From Acidimicrobiia bacterium (GTDB lineage: Bacteria; Actinomycetota; Acidimicrobiia; Spongiisociales; ZC4RG35), in contig OZ244034.1 of assembly GCA_965215185.1 (NCBI GenBank), forward strand, positions 960,001 to 1,024,000: a stretch of DNA of 64,000 nt, read 5' to 3'. The translations under genes were made by a program, and so were the position numbers. The notes below the pieces were generated by a model, which was given only the letters and a program-made list of their open reading frames with translations, searched no databases and had not been told where the DNA came from. Within the stretch, counting starts at the first letter, position 1; each line of letters begins with the position of its first letter. This document shows, one piece after another, positions 30,420 through 40,845 of this stretch.

Positions 30420-31289
30420 CTAAAGCGCTCTGAGTTTAGGATCCAGAAGGTCTCGAATGCGGTCACCGATCAGGTTAAAGGAAAGTACCACCAGGCCTAT
30501 CGCAGCTCCAGGGAATACGGAAATCCACCAGGCCGACCGGATCAGGTCACGCCCCTCGGCGACCATGCCACCCCACGTTGGCGTCGGTGGAGGAACACCG
30601 GCACCAAGAAAACTCAAGGTGCCTTCGACCGTGATAGCCCAACCGATCTGCAGGGTGGAAAGGACGATCACGCTGTTGAGCACGTTTGGCAGCAGGTGTG
30701 AAGCCATTATCCGCAGGGGTGATCCTCCCGCGACTCGCGCGAGCGCAATGAAGTCGCGCTCCTTCAAGCTAAGAACTTCCCCTCGTACCAGACGGGCATA
30801 GCGTGCCCATAGGATAAGCGCCATTACTGACACGACAACCGTAACACTTGGGCCGACAGTGACAGCAAAAACGAGGGCGATCAAGATTGCGGGAAAGGCA
30901 AGCCAACCATCGACCAGTCGCATGATCACCGTATCAACCCAACCTCCGAAGTAGCCGGCGATAGAACCGAGGGCCGTCCCGATAGACCCCGCGAGTAGGA
31001 CAGTGCCAGCGGCCACGGACATAGACACCTGAGCGCCCTTAATAATCCGACTTAGGATATCGCGGCCTAGGATATCAGTCCCCAGAGGAAACTCCCAGCT
31101 ACCTTCTTCTGAAAAGACCCATCCCTGACGGGCGTGCGCCAAGTTCAATTCGTCCGGTCCGTGGGGAGCGATGAAGTCCGCCAATAAGGCGGCCGCTACG
31201 GCCAACAAGACAACCAGAAGAGGAAACATGGGAAAGCTACGCCAGACTGTGCCCAATCCGATCCGTACCTTGCCAAAGAACTCAGACAC
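30420..31289 (-). CDS. ABC peptide permease (DppC-like)
   Basis: LGTDILGRD, LSFLG. Confidence 0.9.
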   Translation of the reverse strand: MSEFFGKVRIGLGTVWRSFPMFPLLVVLLAVAAALLADFIAPHGPDELNLAHARQGWVFSEEGSWEFPLGTDILGRDILSRIIKGAQVSMSVAAGTVLLAGSIGTALGSIAGYFGGWVDTVIMRLVDGWLAFPAILIALVFAVTVGPSVTVVVSVMALILWARYARLVRGEVLSLKERDFIALARVAGGSPLRIMASHLLPNVLNSVIVLSTLQIGWAITVEGTLSFLGAGVPPPTPTWGGMVAEGRDLIRSAWWISVFPGAAIGLVVLSFNLIGDRIRDLLDPKLRAL

Positions 31290-32202
31290 TAAGACGAATC
31301 CGCGGATCGATGACTGCATATGACAGGTCTACGAGAAGATTAGCAAAGACAATAAGCGCCGCCCACAAAATGACTACAGCCTGCAGCACGGGGAAGTCCC
31401 TCCATACAACTGCCTCAAAGGCAAGCCGACCCAAACCCGGCCACGCAAAGACGACTTCTGTCGTGACCGCAGCAGCTACGAGAACACCGTACATAAGTAC
31501 CACAAACGTTACGACCGGAATCAAGGCATTTCGGAAGGCGTGCCTCCACACAACCCTCATCTCGCTCGCACCCTTGATACGAGCAAGCTTGACGTACTCG
31601 CTGTCAAGCACTTCAAGCATGGCCGAGCGCATCAGTCGCGTGATCCCGGCTCCGGTAAATAGGCCCATCGTTGCTGCGGGAAGCAACAGATGCTGCCAGG
31701 TACCCGAACCCTGCGCTGGAAACACCTGCCATCTGACTGAGAACAGAATGATCGCTAGGATACCAGTGAAAAAGGGCGGAAGTGATTGACCCAGAACGGC
31801 TAGGCCCATTGCGGTACGATCTATGATCGTACCGCGCTTCACTGCCGCAAGGACACCGAGAGGAAGGCTGAATACGACCATGAAGAGGAGTGAAGCGCTG
31901 ACCAGCATGACCGAGTTCCCAAGGCGGTCCACAACGAGTTCAAGAACAGGTTGCTTGGTCCGTATCGATCTGCCAAAATCGCCCTGGATCACATTGCCTA
32001 AGAAGGCGAGATACTGAGCGACGAGTGGCTCATCCAACCCCAACTCATCGATCAATTGCATCCGCTGTTCGGGCGTGGCTTCTACTGGTAGCAGGACATC
32101 CACCGGATTACCGGTCGATTGGCTCAACGCGAATACAACCACGCTGACACCCAGGAGGGTAACCAACGCTTGTAGTGCACGACTTGCTATAACTCTTGTC
32201 AT
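31282..32202 (-). CDS. ABC peptide permease (DppB-like)
   Basis: ARIKG, WPGLG, DPR. Confidence 0.92.
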   Translation of the reverse strand: MTRVIASRALQALVTLLGVSVVVFALSQSTGNPVDVLLPVEATPEQRMQLIDELGLDEPLVAQYLAFLGNVIQGDFGRSIRTKQPVLELVVDRLGNSVMLVSASLLFMVVFSLPLGVLAAVKRGTIIDRTAMGLAVLGQSLPPFFTGILAIILFSVRWQVFPAQGSGTWQHLLLPAATMGLFTGAGITRLMRSAMLEVLDSEYVKLARIKGASEMRVVWRHAFRNALIPVVTFVVLMYGVLVAAAVTTEVVFAWPGLGRLAFEAVVWRDFPVLQAVVILWAALIVFANLLVDLSYAVIDPRIRLSV

Positions 32203-32239
32203 TATCGGAGTCTGTCAGTACTCGACGCGGGAGCTAGAA

Positions 32240-33631
32240 TCACGACTTCATACCTCGAGCCAGATATCTGCCGCTCGGGTTGTCTAACACCTCACCTTCC
32301 GATACTGCCAAGTACCCACGCCTCACCACGTACTTTGGGAACCCTCTAGATGTGAGGCCTGTGTAAATCGAGTAGTCCGAGCGACCGTGCAGAGTGTGTG
32401 GCCCTATCTCACGGGGTTCCCCCTCAATCGGGACGATCGCAAAATCGGCGTCGGCTCCAACTCGTATGGCACCTTTTCGAGGGAAGAGACCATATGCCTT
32501 TGCGGCGTTCGTTGCTGTCAGCTCCGCCAACCTACATATGTCGAACCGACCCGTCTCAATGCCGAGTGCGTACGCTAGCGGAAGTAGGGCCTCCGACGAC
32601 GTGATGCCACCGTAGGAGGCGTCGAATATGGCCGGTGTAGCTTGCTTCATAGCCTTCGTGCGAGGTGAGTGATCGCTTGAGAGCAAGTCAACGTGCCCCG
32701 CGTCGACGGCGTCCCAGACTGCAGCCACATCCTCACTTCTGCGAAGCGGGGGGCCTATCTTCGCGAGGGAACCGTGCTTGAGAAGGGCGTCCTCCGTCAA
32801 TATGAGGTAGTGCGGCTGCGTCTCGCTCCATACCCGTACTGAAGCCGCACCATCCTTGAGCCAAGAGAGCACGCGAACAGTCTCGGCTGCGGACAGGTGA
32901 ACAAACAGCAGATCGCAGCCAGTGAGTTCGGCCAGCGCGGCTGCACGGAACATGCCTTCGGCTTCGAGTATTCCCGGCGAGCATCGCAGAAAGCCCTCAG
33001 GGTCAGTCGGGTCGCGTGCGTATTCGATATCGTGGTAGTACTTGGTTGCTCTCCCGTTCTCCGGGTGTATTAGGAGCAGACCATTGTGGGAGGCTACTGC
33101 CACCATCAACTCGACCAGTTCGTCATCTTCCAACATGGCGCCACGCACGTAGTACCCGAGAAAGGCCTTGTATGTGGTTACACCCAACCCGACGCCTGCA
33201 TCAACCACCTCGGTCAGCGGGTCTCCCGGAAGACACAGAGCGTTGATAGCGAAGTCGACCGCAGAATGCTCGGTCCCGAACTGGATTTGATATTTGACGG
33301 TGTCGATCAATCCCATCTCGGGTCCACGACTGACATAGGCTCCGACCGTCGTAACACCGCCCATGAGAGCCGCAGCGGTCGCCTGCTTCAGATCCTCGGC
33401 GAGAGGATCAATCGTGTGGAAACCACCCACCGATGTGTGAACATGCGGATCAACGACGCCGGGTAACACCCATGCTCCGCGAGCATCCACGACCGGACCC
33501 CCGGAAAAGTCAGATCCGATCGACTCGATGGACCCATCGACGACGAGGATGTCTGCGTCGACAACGCCAACTTCTGTCACAACACGGCCACCCTTGATGA
33601 TCACGGTGGCGTCATCCGAATCCCTGGACAC
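32240..33631 (-). CDS. Cyclic amidohydrolase (dihydropyrimidinase/allantoinase-like)
   Basis: DPHVH, YKAF (carboxylated Lys), HPEN, VHLS, SDHSP. Confidence 0.85.
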   Translation of the reverse strand: MSRDSDDATVIIKGGRVVTEVGVVDADILVVDGSIESIGSDFSGGPVVDARGAWVLPGVVDPHVHTSVGGFHTIDPLAEDLKQATAAALMGGVTTVGAYVSRGPEMGLIDTVKYQIQFGTEHSAVDFAINALCLPGDPLTEVVDAGVGLGVTTYKAFLGYYVRGAMLEDDELVELMVAVASHNGLLLIHPENGRATKYYHDIEYARDPTDPEGFLRCSPGILEAEGMFRAAALAELTGCDLLFVHLSAAETVRVLSWLKDGAASVRVWSETQPHYLILTEDALLKHGSLAKIGPPLRRSEDVAAVWDAVDAGHVDLLSSDHSPRTKAMKQATPAIFDASYGGITSSEALLPLAYALGIETGRFDICRLAELTATNAAKAYGLFPRKGAIRVGADADFAIVPIEGEPREIGPHTLHGRSDYSIYTGLTSRGFPKYVVRRGYLAVSEGEVLDNPSGRYLARGMKS

Positions 33632-33649
33632 ATCGAGCGTTGGGCTTGG

Positions 33650-35227
33650 TCATCCGTTCCGCAAGACTCGGCCCGGGAGAGCGCCGGTGTGCTCCCCATC
33701 GTCTATCACGAGGACACCATTGACCATGACGTGCGAAATCCCTAGAGGGAACTGGCGCGGACTCTCCAGGGTTGCCGGCGAGTGAATCTCGAGCGGATCG
33801 AATACGACCAGATCGGCTGCGAAGCCATTGCGCAGAATCCCTCGATCTTGGAGCCCAAGTCGCTGCGCCGGCAGGGAAGTAATTTTGCGAATCGCATCCG
33901 CCATCGACAAAAGCCCTTCGTCACGCACGAGATCACCGAGCACCTTCGGAAACGTGCCATAGGAACGCGGGCTGGGGTAGTCGCCCAAGAGAAGGGCATC
34001 GCTTCCGACCATGCATCTGGGGTGGGCCAGGATTTTCCTGTTGTTCGTGGCGTTGTTGGCGTACAGACCTACCTCTGAGATGCCAAGATTCTCGTCGAGT
34101 AAGAGATCGCATAGGGCATCAAGCGGATCTTTTGCCAGCTCGTCCGCAATCTGGCCGATGGTCATCCCTTCAAGCTTCTTGTTCTGAGGCTTACGAAACC
34201 CGCCCAGGGTGATTCCGTCGCCCGCTCGCCAGCGAGCTGCCCGCGGATCAGTTTCCTGACGCATGCGACTGCGAACCTTCGGATCGCGGAGCCTCGCGAG
34301 AAGGGCTTGCGGCCCACCCTCATGCGTCCATTCGGGGATCATCACCAGAGCACGGCTGCCAGTGTGTACGTACGGGTAGGCATCGAATGTCACATCAACG
34401 CCGTCGGCAGTTGCCTCCTCCACCAGCCTGAGCAAGGGACGGAACTGGCCGTTGCGCTTCCAAGTGCTGGCGAAGTGCGAGACATGGACCGGCACTCCCG
34501 TTCTTCTCCCGACGTCGAGTGCCTCAAGGTTGGGATCGATGAAGCCATCGCCAGATCCGTAACGAATGTGAGTGACGTACACACCTCCCATGTCGCGGAC
34601 AACCTCGCAGAGCGCTGCTATCTCATCCGACGTCGCATAGCTGCCTGGTGGGTAGGTGAGCCCGGTGGACATGCCAAATGCGCCGTCACGCATCCCAGAA
34701 CGCAGCAATTCCAGCATCTTCTTTGCCTCGGAGTCCGAGGGAGGACGGTTATTCCAGCCAACGGACGAGATTCGAAGAGGAGCATTCCCTATGACATACG
34801 CAATGTTGACGGCAACTCGTCGATCGTATTGAGAAAGGTACTCGTCGACGGTGAGCCATTGCGGGTTCTCGGGCAAGTGACCATCTAGGCCCCCGTTGAG
34901 CATCCCCCAGTGACGAAGGTCCTCCGCAGAAAGGAAGGGGGCGTAGGAATTGCCATCAACACCAATCAACTCGGTGGTGACACCCTGGCGCACCTTTGGC
35001 TCGTGCTCCGGATGCTTGAGGATGACCATCGTTGAGTGGGCGTGCATATCGACGAAACCCGGGCACACTATCTTGCCTGTAGCATCGATCACGCGCTTTG
35101 CCTTCAGACTTGAGGTGTCACCCGAGATAAGTTGCACCTTGGCCTTCTCAATGGCAACGGAGGCGCCGAACCAATCTGAACCTGTACCGTCGTAGACTCT
35201 ACCGTTCTTGATGAGAGTTTCGACCAT
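33650..35227 (-). CDS. N-acyl-D-amino-acid deacylase family protein
   Basis: PGFVDMHAH, QGVTTE, STGLTYPPG, GSD, PRSYGTFP. Confidence 0.88.
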   Translation of the reverse strand: MVETLIKNGRVYDGTGSDWFGASVAIEKAKVQLISGDTSSLKAKRVIDATGKIVCPGFVDMHAHSTMVILKHPEHEPKVRQGVTTELIGVDGNSYAPFLSAEDLRHWGMLNGGLDGHLPENPQWLTVDEYLSQYDRRVAVNIAYVIGNAPLRISSVGWNNRPPSDSEAKKMLELLRSGMRDGAFGMSTGLTYPPGSYATSDEIAALCEVVRDMGGVYVTHIRYGSGDGFIDPNLEALDVGRRTGVPVHVSHFASTWKRNGQFRPLLRLVEEATADGVDVTFDAYPYVHTGSRALVMIPEWTHEGGPQALLARLRDPKVRSRMRQETDPRAARWRAGDGITLGGFRKPQNKKLEGMTIGQIADELAKDPLDALCDLLLDENLGISEVGLYANNATNNRKILAHPRCMVGSDALLLGDYPSPRSYGTFPKVLGDLVRDEGLLSMADAIRKITSLPAQRLGLQDRGILRNGFAADLVVFDPLEIHSPATLESPRQFPLGISHVMVNGVLVIDDGEHTGALPGRVLRNG

Positions 35228-35457
35228 CAGGTCCCGACCCTCGACAGTGCTGATCCGAGGTGATTCACTACGCGTCCCAGGCTCTCGGCATACGTGGCGA
35301 TATCGCCAGAGTCCATGGGGTAGATTGGATAAGGTCGCCAATAGATGCTAGATCGAGTGTCCCCGCCCGGCAGGACACGTGCGGCTCGCTCCCAGAGCGC
35401 TCGAGACCCGGGGGTGATTTGGCGGTAACGTTCCATCTCTGGAATAGCTGGGCTCAT
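35227..35457 (-). pseudogene. Class III aminotransferase (GSA-like) with large in-frame internal deletion
   Basis: TPGSRALWERAARVLPGGDTRS..PYPIY fused to a C-terminal-like PMDSGDI helix; AGGAGG RBS. Confidence 0.7.
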
Positions 35458-35560
35458 CCGACCAGACCTCCTATTCAGGATGGAAAACCTACCTCAATGT
35501 GAGTTGAGGATAGTGGTTCCATGAACTCTTATGTCGACTTTGAGGTAGTCGTTGTGTAGG

Positions 35561-35610
35561 TGAGCCGCCCAGGTTCATCGGAGAGTGTTTGTTCGGGTCC
35601 AGCCGGGTTC
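35561..35610 (-). mobile_element. Isolated IS3-like terminal repeat
   Basis: TGAGCCGCCCAGGTTCATCGGAG resembles TGAACCGCCCCGGGTTTACCGAAG at 41440. Confidence 0.5.
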
Positions 35611-35660
35611 ACGTCTCGATCTTCTCTGATACTCCGCAGGGCGGATGCGGCCTAGCTGGG

Positions 35661-36803
35661 TCAGGTCTGCTTGGCGCGACTACTCAACTCCACTGCAAGC
35701 GCGAGACCGGCTGCGACAAGCACAAAGCCTGCGGCTGTCACCCACGCGAAACGATATGAGAATTGATCGATCAGAAAACCGAAGAGTGGCGGCCCGATAC
35801 CGCCGCCGACATAGAACCCGACCTGGGTCACCCCTGTGGCACGAGCGGGAGCTTTCAGATTCCTGTCAACTACCGCGTGAGCTAGAAGCCCGGACCAACC
35901 CAAAACCCCCCCGAACGAGATCATGGCCCCGACGAGGACAAGCGTTGGTTGCTCCGTGCTAAGCAGCAAATATCCTACGCTACCAACAGTCAGAAGCCAC
36001 ACTATGCCAATGTAACCTTGGGTTGACCGGCGATCGGCTAACCATCCCCACATGACTCGCATGGCAATAGCTGAAGCACCGCCTGCGGCGAGTAAGAATC
36101 CGGCAGAAGCCGCACCGATGCCCGTTGCGACAGCGAAAGAGACCAGGAAGGCGCTAAGGGCAGACCCGCTGGCCATCGCCAGAATGGTTGCCAATACCAG
36201 CACGATAAGTTCCTTCGGGGGACTGCCTCCGCCATCTTTTGCAGGAGGGTTGCTGAACCCCGTGAATGATTTCGGCAGCCGTGCCCATAGGAGAGTCGCA
36301 CCGCCTGCTGCGATGGCGAAGGCCCAGCGCCAGCCGATGGTCACGGCAACCGTCGGCACCGCTAATCCCGCCAACAAGGCGGCGAGCGGAATGGCAGCGT
36401 GCTTGATGCCTAGTACCGTGGCCCGGTTGCCTGCAGGCACAGTTCGCGTGATGAAGAGATTCGTAGAAGTCTGCGCTAGTGCGAACCCCAGCCCGGTTCC
36501 GATTAGGAAGCCTGCGTACAGGACGGGACTTCTCCCGCCCAGCGCGACACCGACAAGGGATACAAGAGTGAGAATCACAGCCCATCGCATTGACATCGCT
36601 GGGCGTCTTTCGGCAGCTCGGCCCAGTGCTGGCGATGCCAAAGCAGCGCTGACATGGAACGCGCTCAACATTATACCGAATCCAGCAGGACCGAGCCCGA
36701 ATTCGGCGCGTATCTGAACGCCCATGGCACCGGTTAGGTATACCGGTACAGCAGCGAGCGCGACCACGCTTGAGGCGACTGTCGTAACCCGAGCCCGCCT
36801 CAT
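35661..36803 (-). CDS. MFS transporter
   Basis: Hydrophobic multi-TM protein, WGWLADRR motif. Confidence 0.85.
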   Translation of the reverse strand: MRRARVTTVASSVVALAAVPVYLTGAMGVQIRAEFGLGPAGFGIMLSAFHVSAALASPALGRAAERRPAMSMRWAVILTLVSLVGVALGGRSPVLYAGFLIGTGLGFALAQTSTNLFITRTVPAGNRATVLGIKHAAIPLAALLAGLAVPTVAVTIGWRWAFAIAAGGATLLWARLPKSFTGFSNPPAKDGGGSPPKELIVLVLATILAMASGSALSAFLVSFAVATGIGAASAGFLLAAGGASAIAMRVMWGWLADRRSTQGYIGIVWLLTVGSVGYLLLSTEQPTLVLVGAMISFGGVLGWSGLLAHAVVDRNLKAPARATGVTQVGFYVGGGIGPPLFGFLIDQFSYRFAWVTAAGFVLVAAGLALAVELSSRAKQT

Positions 36804-36924
36804 TTAGGCACGGCAGAGGGTACTGTTCGCGGACCCTTCGGGTCTAGTCACGCCGTAGCCGCGACGCCGATTCACGACCGTACACCCTCTTCGTGTGAAG
36901 GTGTCATACCACGCGCCAACGATT

Positions 36925-37740
36925 TCACTCCATGTGGTTGGCGAAATAGATCCGCTCGGCGGTAGCCCCCAAGACCGCGGCCATCTCATCAGCGTTCAGC
37001 AAGCGCCCAAGGTACTCCCGCAGGTACCCGAAGACGTTCGAATATCCTTCCCAATCCGAGCAGCGAGGATGGTCAGAGCCGACCATTACCCGATCCGGCC
37101 CGAAAGCATCGAGGGCCATGTCGATGAAGGGTGGGATAGCGTCAAAGTCATATGGTGGACTGCGGTGAGGGACCGGTCTGGGAACGAACTCGCCGATCCC
37201 AGGCAATTTCAAAAAGACATTGGCGTATCGATTCAGCGCCAGGATCCGCTTGAAGTCAGCATAAGGAGGATCCGGGTCATTGGCGATAAACCCGAGGTGT
37301 TCGATGATGAATGGCATCTGCGGAAAGCGTTCTACCAATCCGGTGTATTCGTCGGACACGAATCCCTTCATGGCATCAGGGCCATGCAAAGCCCACAGGT
37401 CCACCAACATGCCCAACGTGTTCGCCTTCTTCCAAACAGCGAGCGGATCTTTGCCTGCTGACTTCTGCATCGGCGTGAGCCGGACCCCTATCACACCAAG
37501 GCCGGCCCAGTATTCGAGCTTCTCCAGGCAGTCTGGTGCAGAAGTGTCGACAGCGCCCACGATGGCAAACCGCCCCGGGAATCGGTCGGAACACTCGACA
37601 AGATAGCTGTTGTCATAGTTGGTGGATAGCTGAACCAATACAGCTTTGTCGACATCGGCTCGCGCCATCTGGAACAGGAGTACCTCAACCGGTTCAAACC
37701 ATGTATCGAGGACATGGCAGTGGGTATCTATAGTGAGCAT
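36925..37740 (-). CDS. Amidohydrolase_2 family (lactonase-like)
   Basis: IDTHCH, IEHLG, FGPDRVMVGSDHP. Confidence 0.87.
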   Translation of the reverse strand: MLTIDTHCHVLDTWFEPVEVLLFQMARADVDKAVLVQLSTNYDNSYLVECSDRFPGRFAIVGAVDTSAPDCLEKLEYWAGLGVIGVRLTPMQKSAGKDPLAVWKKANTLGMLVDLWALHGPDAMKGFVSDEYTGLVERFPQMPFIIEHLGFIANDPDPPYADFKRILALNRYANVFLKLPGIGEFVPRPVPHRSPPYDFDAIPPFIDMALDAFGPDRVMVGSDHPRCSDWEGYSNVFGYLREYLGRLLNADEMAAVLGATAERIYFANHME

Positions 37741-37757
37741 CGGAGTGACTGTTTAGG

Positions 37758-38756
37758 TCACCAGCCCTGCGCGAGGAAGTCAATCAGTGCCTTGTCGGCT
37801 GCGGTATAGAGGCAATCTACCCCTGCATCTTCGTATGCGCGCAGCCGCTCTCTCACGTCATCATCGTCCCCGTAACAACCGATATTCTCTATGATCTCGT
37901 CGGGAACGAGCTTGGACGCCTCCACAATGGCGCTTCGGCTCGCCGGCCAACCGCCCACTACGTCTCGGATTCGATCAGCCAACTCCGGTTCGATTCCGGT
38001 AGGTCCCGCAACGTGTGGTTGCTGCGCGATGAACTGTGTGACGACGACCTTGTCCTGAGCGATGGCGGTCGGCTTGTCGTTTGTAAGGCGAATGGTGCAT
38101 GGCTGCACGATATCTATGTCGTCGAGGCTGCGGCCTGCTGCCTCGGCCCCCACCAGTACCTGTTGAACCTCGTTCCGCGTGGCTTCAACAGTGTGACTGC
38201 TGTTCAGGACCACACCGTCGGCAAGGCGACCGGCCAGTCTGAGCATCTGCGGTCCGACGGCGGCCAAGTAGATCGGAACATGGTGTGGACCAGTTGAACT
38301 GTGGTCGAGGAACACATCATCGAACCGTACATATTCGCCCTCATACGTGACCGGTTCCCTGCGTTCAAGCAGAAGTCGAATCGCTTCGACGTATTCACGG
38401 GCCGCTCGGATAAGTTTGGTCCCGCGGTCAATGCCAACCTTCGTGGCGATCGGATCCCACCATACACCTAGACCGAGAATTATCCTCCCCGGCGCTAGGA
38501 AGTCCAAGGTAGCAAAGGTCTGTGCGATTAGGGCTGGATTGCGAGTCCAGATGGGGAGCACACCACATCCGACCCTGACATTCTCCGTGTTCGCCGCATA
38601 TACGGCCATCGGAGTTATCGCATCACTGGTGAGACGCCCTTCAGCCATCCAAACTGAATCCACACCAACGTCATCAGCGTATTGAGCCAGATCAATATTG
38701 TTGCGAATTCCGGCACCCGGTAGCTTGATTCCGAATCTCTTGGGTAGGTCGTTCAT
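37758..38756 (-). CDS. LLM-class flavin/F420-dependent oxidoreductase
   Basis: WMAE, RNPALIAQTFATLD, PIYLAAVGPQML. Confidence 0.9.
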   Translation of the reverse strand: MNDLPKRFGIKLPGAGIRNNIDLAQYADDVGVDSVWMAEGRLTSDAITPMAVYAANTENVRVGCGVLPIWTRNPALIAQTFATLDFLAPGRIILGLGVWWDPIATKVGIDRGTKLIRAAREYVEAIRLLLERREPVTYEGEYVRFDDVFLDHSSTGPHHVPIYLAAVGPQMLRLAGRLADGVVLNSSHTVEATRNEVQQVLVGAEAAGRSLDDIDIVQPCTIRLTNDKPTAIAQDKVVVTQFIAQQPHVAGPTGIEPELADRIRDVVGGWPASRSAIVEASKLVPDEIIENIGCYGDDDDVRERLRAYEDAGVDCLYTAADKALIDFLAQGW

Positions 38757-38793
38757 CAGGCTACGCCTTCTCCGGCTTAGCAGTGACTGGTCG

Positions 38794-40548
38794 TCACGGC
38801 CGGAGGGTCTCGAAGTTCACGGCCGCTATAGATCCGTTGGTTGGTGACCAACTGGCTATCCGAGGACCCTTACCCCAAATCATGTCTGTAGTGGCGATAG
38901 GAAGCACAGCGAAGGTGTCGTAGATCAGATGGACGGCGCTGCCGGCGAGATCGGCTCTCTTCCCAGGGTCAACTTCAGATCGGTATTGACCGTAGATATC
39001 GTCGAGTACAGGATCGCCGAGAGCCGAGTAGAAGCCACCGATATCCTTGCTGATGACCCCGATCCTTAGGGCGTTCTCTGTGGTTGTGCCAGCTGTAACG
39101 AACCAAAGGTGCGTGAAGGGCTCGGTGAAGTACGGAGCCTCGAGGAAATTCGGACGGATAGTGGCGAAGTCTGTGGGCCTCAACTGAGGGCTAAGCCCGG
39201 CTATGCTCCAAAAGGCTGCAACAGCTTCTTGTATCTGCGGGAACTCCGGTGTTGCGCCGAACGCGTATTGGTACATCGTGATCTCTTGGCCGACTAGCCC
39301 CAGATCTTGAATTGCTTGCGCGGCAGCAGCGGGATCGTACACGTATGGCGTCAGGCTAGGGTCGTGCCCTTCCTGGCTCGGAACCGCTGCGAAGCTGGCG
39401 GCTGGTGTCGCTGTCCCCTCAGGGTAAATGGCGGATACGATCGCTGCGACATCAACCGCTTTGATCAGAGCTTCGCGGGCAGCTTGGTTGTTGTAAAAGA
39501 ACTCGGTCTTCCAGGGCATACCAAACGCGAGACTCAATGTCTGGACGCGTTTCGGTCCGGCAATTTCCAGGCCGGCCGCCAACACGTCGGGGGCCGTAAA
39601 CGGGTGCATCAACGCAAGATCGGCGTCTCCGCGCTCGAGCAGAGCCAATCGGCTGGTCGCTTCAGGAGCGAGGATTATGCGAAGAGTCTCGAATCCGGGT
39701 ACCCGGTCAGGGTTCCAATATTCGGTGTTCGCCTTGAACTCGACGAACTCTCCAATGGCGCGATCGCTGAAGACATAGGGTCCGCTTCCGAGAGGATTCG
39801 CGTTGAACCCGTCGGCACCCCCCATTGCTTCCCAATGGTGCTTCGGGATGATGGCAAGAGTGTCATTCACTCTGGTCAGGTCGCGAAGGAACAGGGCGTT
39901 TGGCTCCTTGAAGGTCACTTCGAGGCTGTATTTGCCCGTGACAACGGCAGAATCGAAGTTCTTCTGCATCTTTCCACAGGAGGTGCAGGCAGAGTCCTCA
40001 CCCGCGTACAAGTCGAAACTGAATGCGACGTCCTCAGCGGTAACCTCCACACCGTCGTGGAATGTCATGCCCTCGCGGAGTGTGATCGTCCAAACCTTGG
40101 CGTCCGGGGAGGATTCGACAGCCGTGGCTGCACCGGTTTCGGTCGTCGGGTTTCCGTTCGCATCCATACCCATGAGGAAATCAAAGGAGTTGCCCCAGTA
40201 CAACATGTCGGGGTTTCCGGACCGGGTCGGATCAAGGAGTTCATTGCCGAAGGTTGGAATCGCGACGGTCACGGTCCCTGTGGGCCCAGCTTCCGCTGGG
40301 CCAAGGGTGGTAGACGTTGTTGAAGTCGGCGGCGCGGTCGTTGTTGAAGTCGGCGGCGCGGTCGTCGCAGCCGACTCTGCGGTTGTGGCCTCCGGCGCAG
40401 TGGACGCGGTGGTAGGTGCAGCGGTAGTCGGTGCTTGGGTTTGGGCGGTTGCAGTGGTGGCGGAGGTTGAGGGTGTGTCCGTATCACCGCCTCCACAAGC
40501 AGCGACCATAACCAGGAGTGAGGACAAGAGAGCCAGGTACCGTCGCAT
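38794..40548 (-). CDS. Dpp/Opp-family ABC substrate-binding lipoprotein
   Basis: VAAC lipobox, Thr/Pro linker, FHDG, PLGSGPY. Confidence 0.9.
   Translation of the reverse strand: MRRYLALLSSLLVMVAACGGGDTDTPSTSATTATAQTQAPTTAAPTTASTAPEATTAESAATTAPPTSTTTAPPTSTTSTTLGPAEAGPTGTVTVAIPTFGNELLDPTRSGNPDMLYWGNSFDFLMGMDANGNPTTETGAATAVESSPDAKVWTITLREGMTFHDGVEVTAEDVAFSFDLYAGEDSACTSCGKMQKNFDSAVVTGKYSLEVTFKEPNALFLRDLTRVNDTLAIIPKHHWEAMGGADGFNANPLGSGPYVFSDRAIGEFVEFKANTEYWNPDRVPGFETLRIILAPEATSRLALLERGDADLALMHPFTAPDVLAAGLEIAGPKRVQTLSLAFGMPWKTEFFYNNQAAREALIKAVDVAAIVSAIYPEGTATPAASFAAVPSQEGHDPSLTPYVYDPAAAAQAIQDLGLVGQEITMYQYAFGATPEFPQIQEAVAAFWSIAGLSPQLRPTDFATIRPNFLEAPYFTEPFTHLWFVTAGTTTENALRIGVISKDIGGFYSALGDPVLDDIYGQYRSEVDPGKRADLAGSAVHLIYDTFAVLPIATTDMIWGKGPRIASWSPTNGSIAAVNFETLRP
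40316..40363. repeat. 24-bp tandem repeat in SBP linker (TTAPPTST x2)
   Basis: GTTGTTGAAGTCGGCGGCGCGGTC x2. Confidence 0.8.
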
Positions 40549-40618
40549 GATTCAGTTCTCCATTTCGGGATCGCGTCAACCGAACCCTAGCAGCAGCAAT
40601 CGGATCCTGGCTTAACCA

Positions 40619-40845
40619 GATGCTTCTATATTTTACAAATCGATGCTTGATGGCTCTTCGATGCTCCTATGTTTTACAAATCGGGGGTGAGCCAGTGTTG
40701 GTATAGGGTGGCGAGGTGATGCTTCTTTTATTCAAAATCGTGTTTTTCGGGGTGGTGGGTGTTTCGGTGTTGAGGTTCCCCCGTTTTGGCTGGTTTTTTG
40801 GTAGGTTTTGGTTGGTTGTGGGGTTGGCGGGTTTCGAGGAGTCGG
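40619..40845 (-). mobile_element. Stack of IS110 right-end footprints and 3' remnants
   Basis: GATGCT at 40619, 40642, 40660 and 40718; peptides RLLETRQP.. and HLATLYQHWLTPDL*. Confidence 0.78.

Noticed and set aside
40619-40740. CRISPR-like array
   Set aside because: Irregular spacing, degenerate units and no cas genes; the units are explained as IS110 right ends
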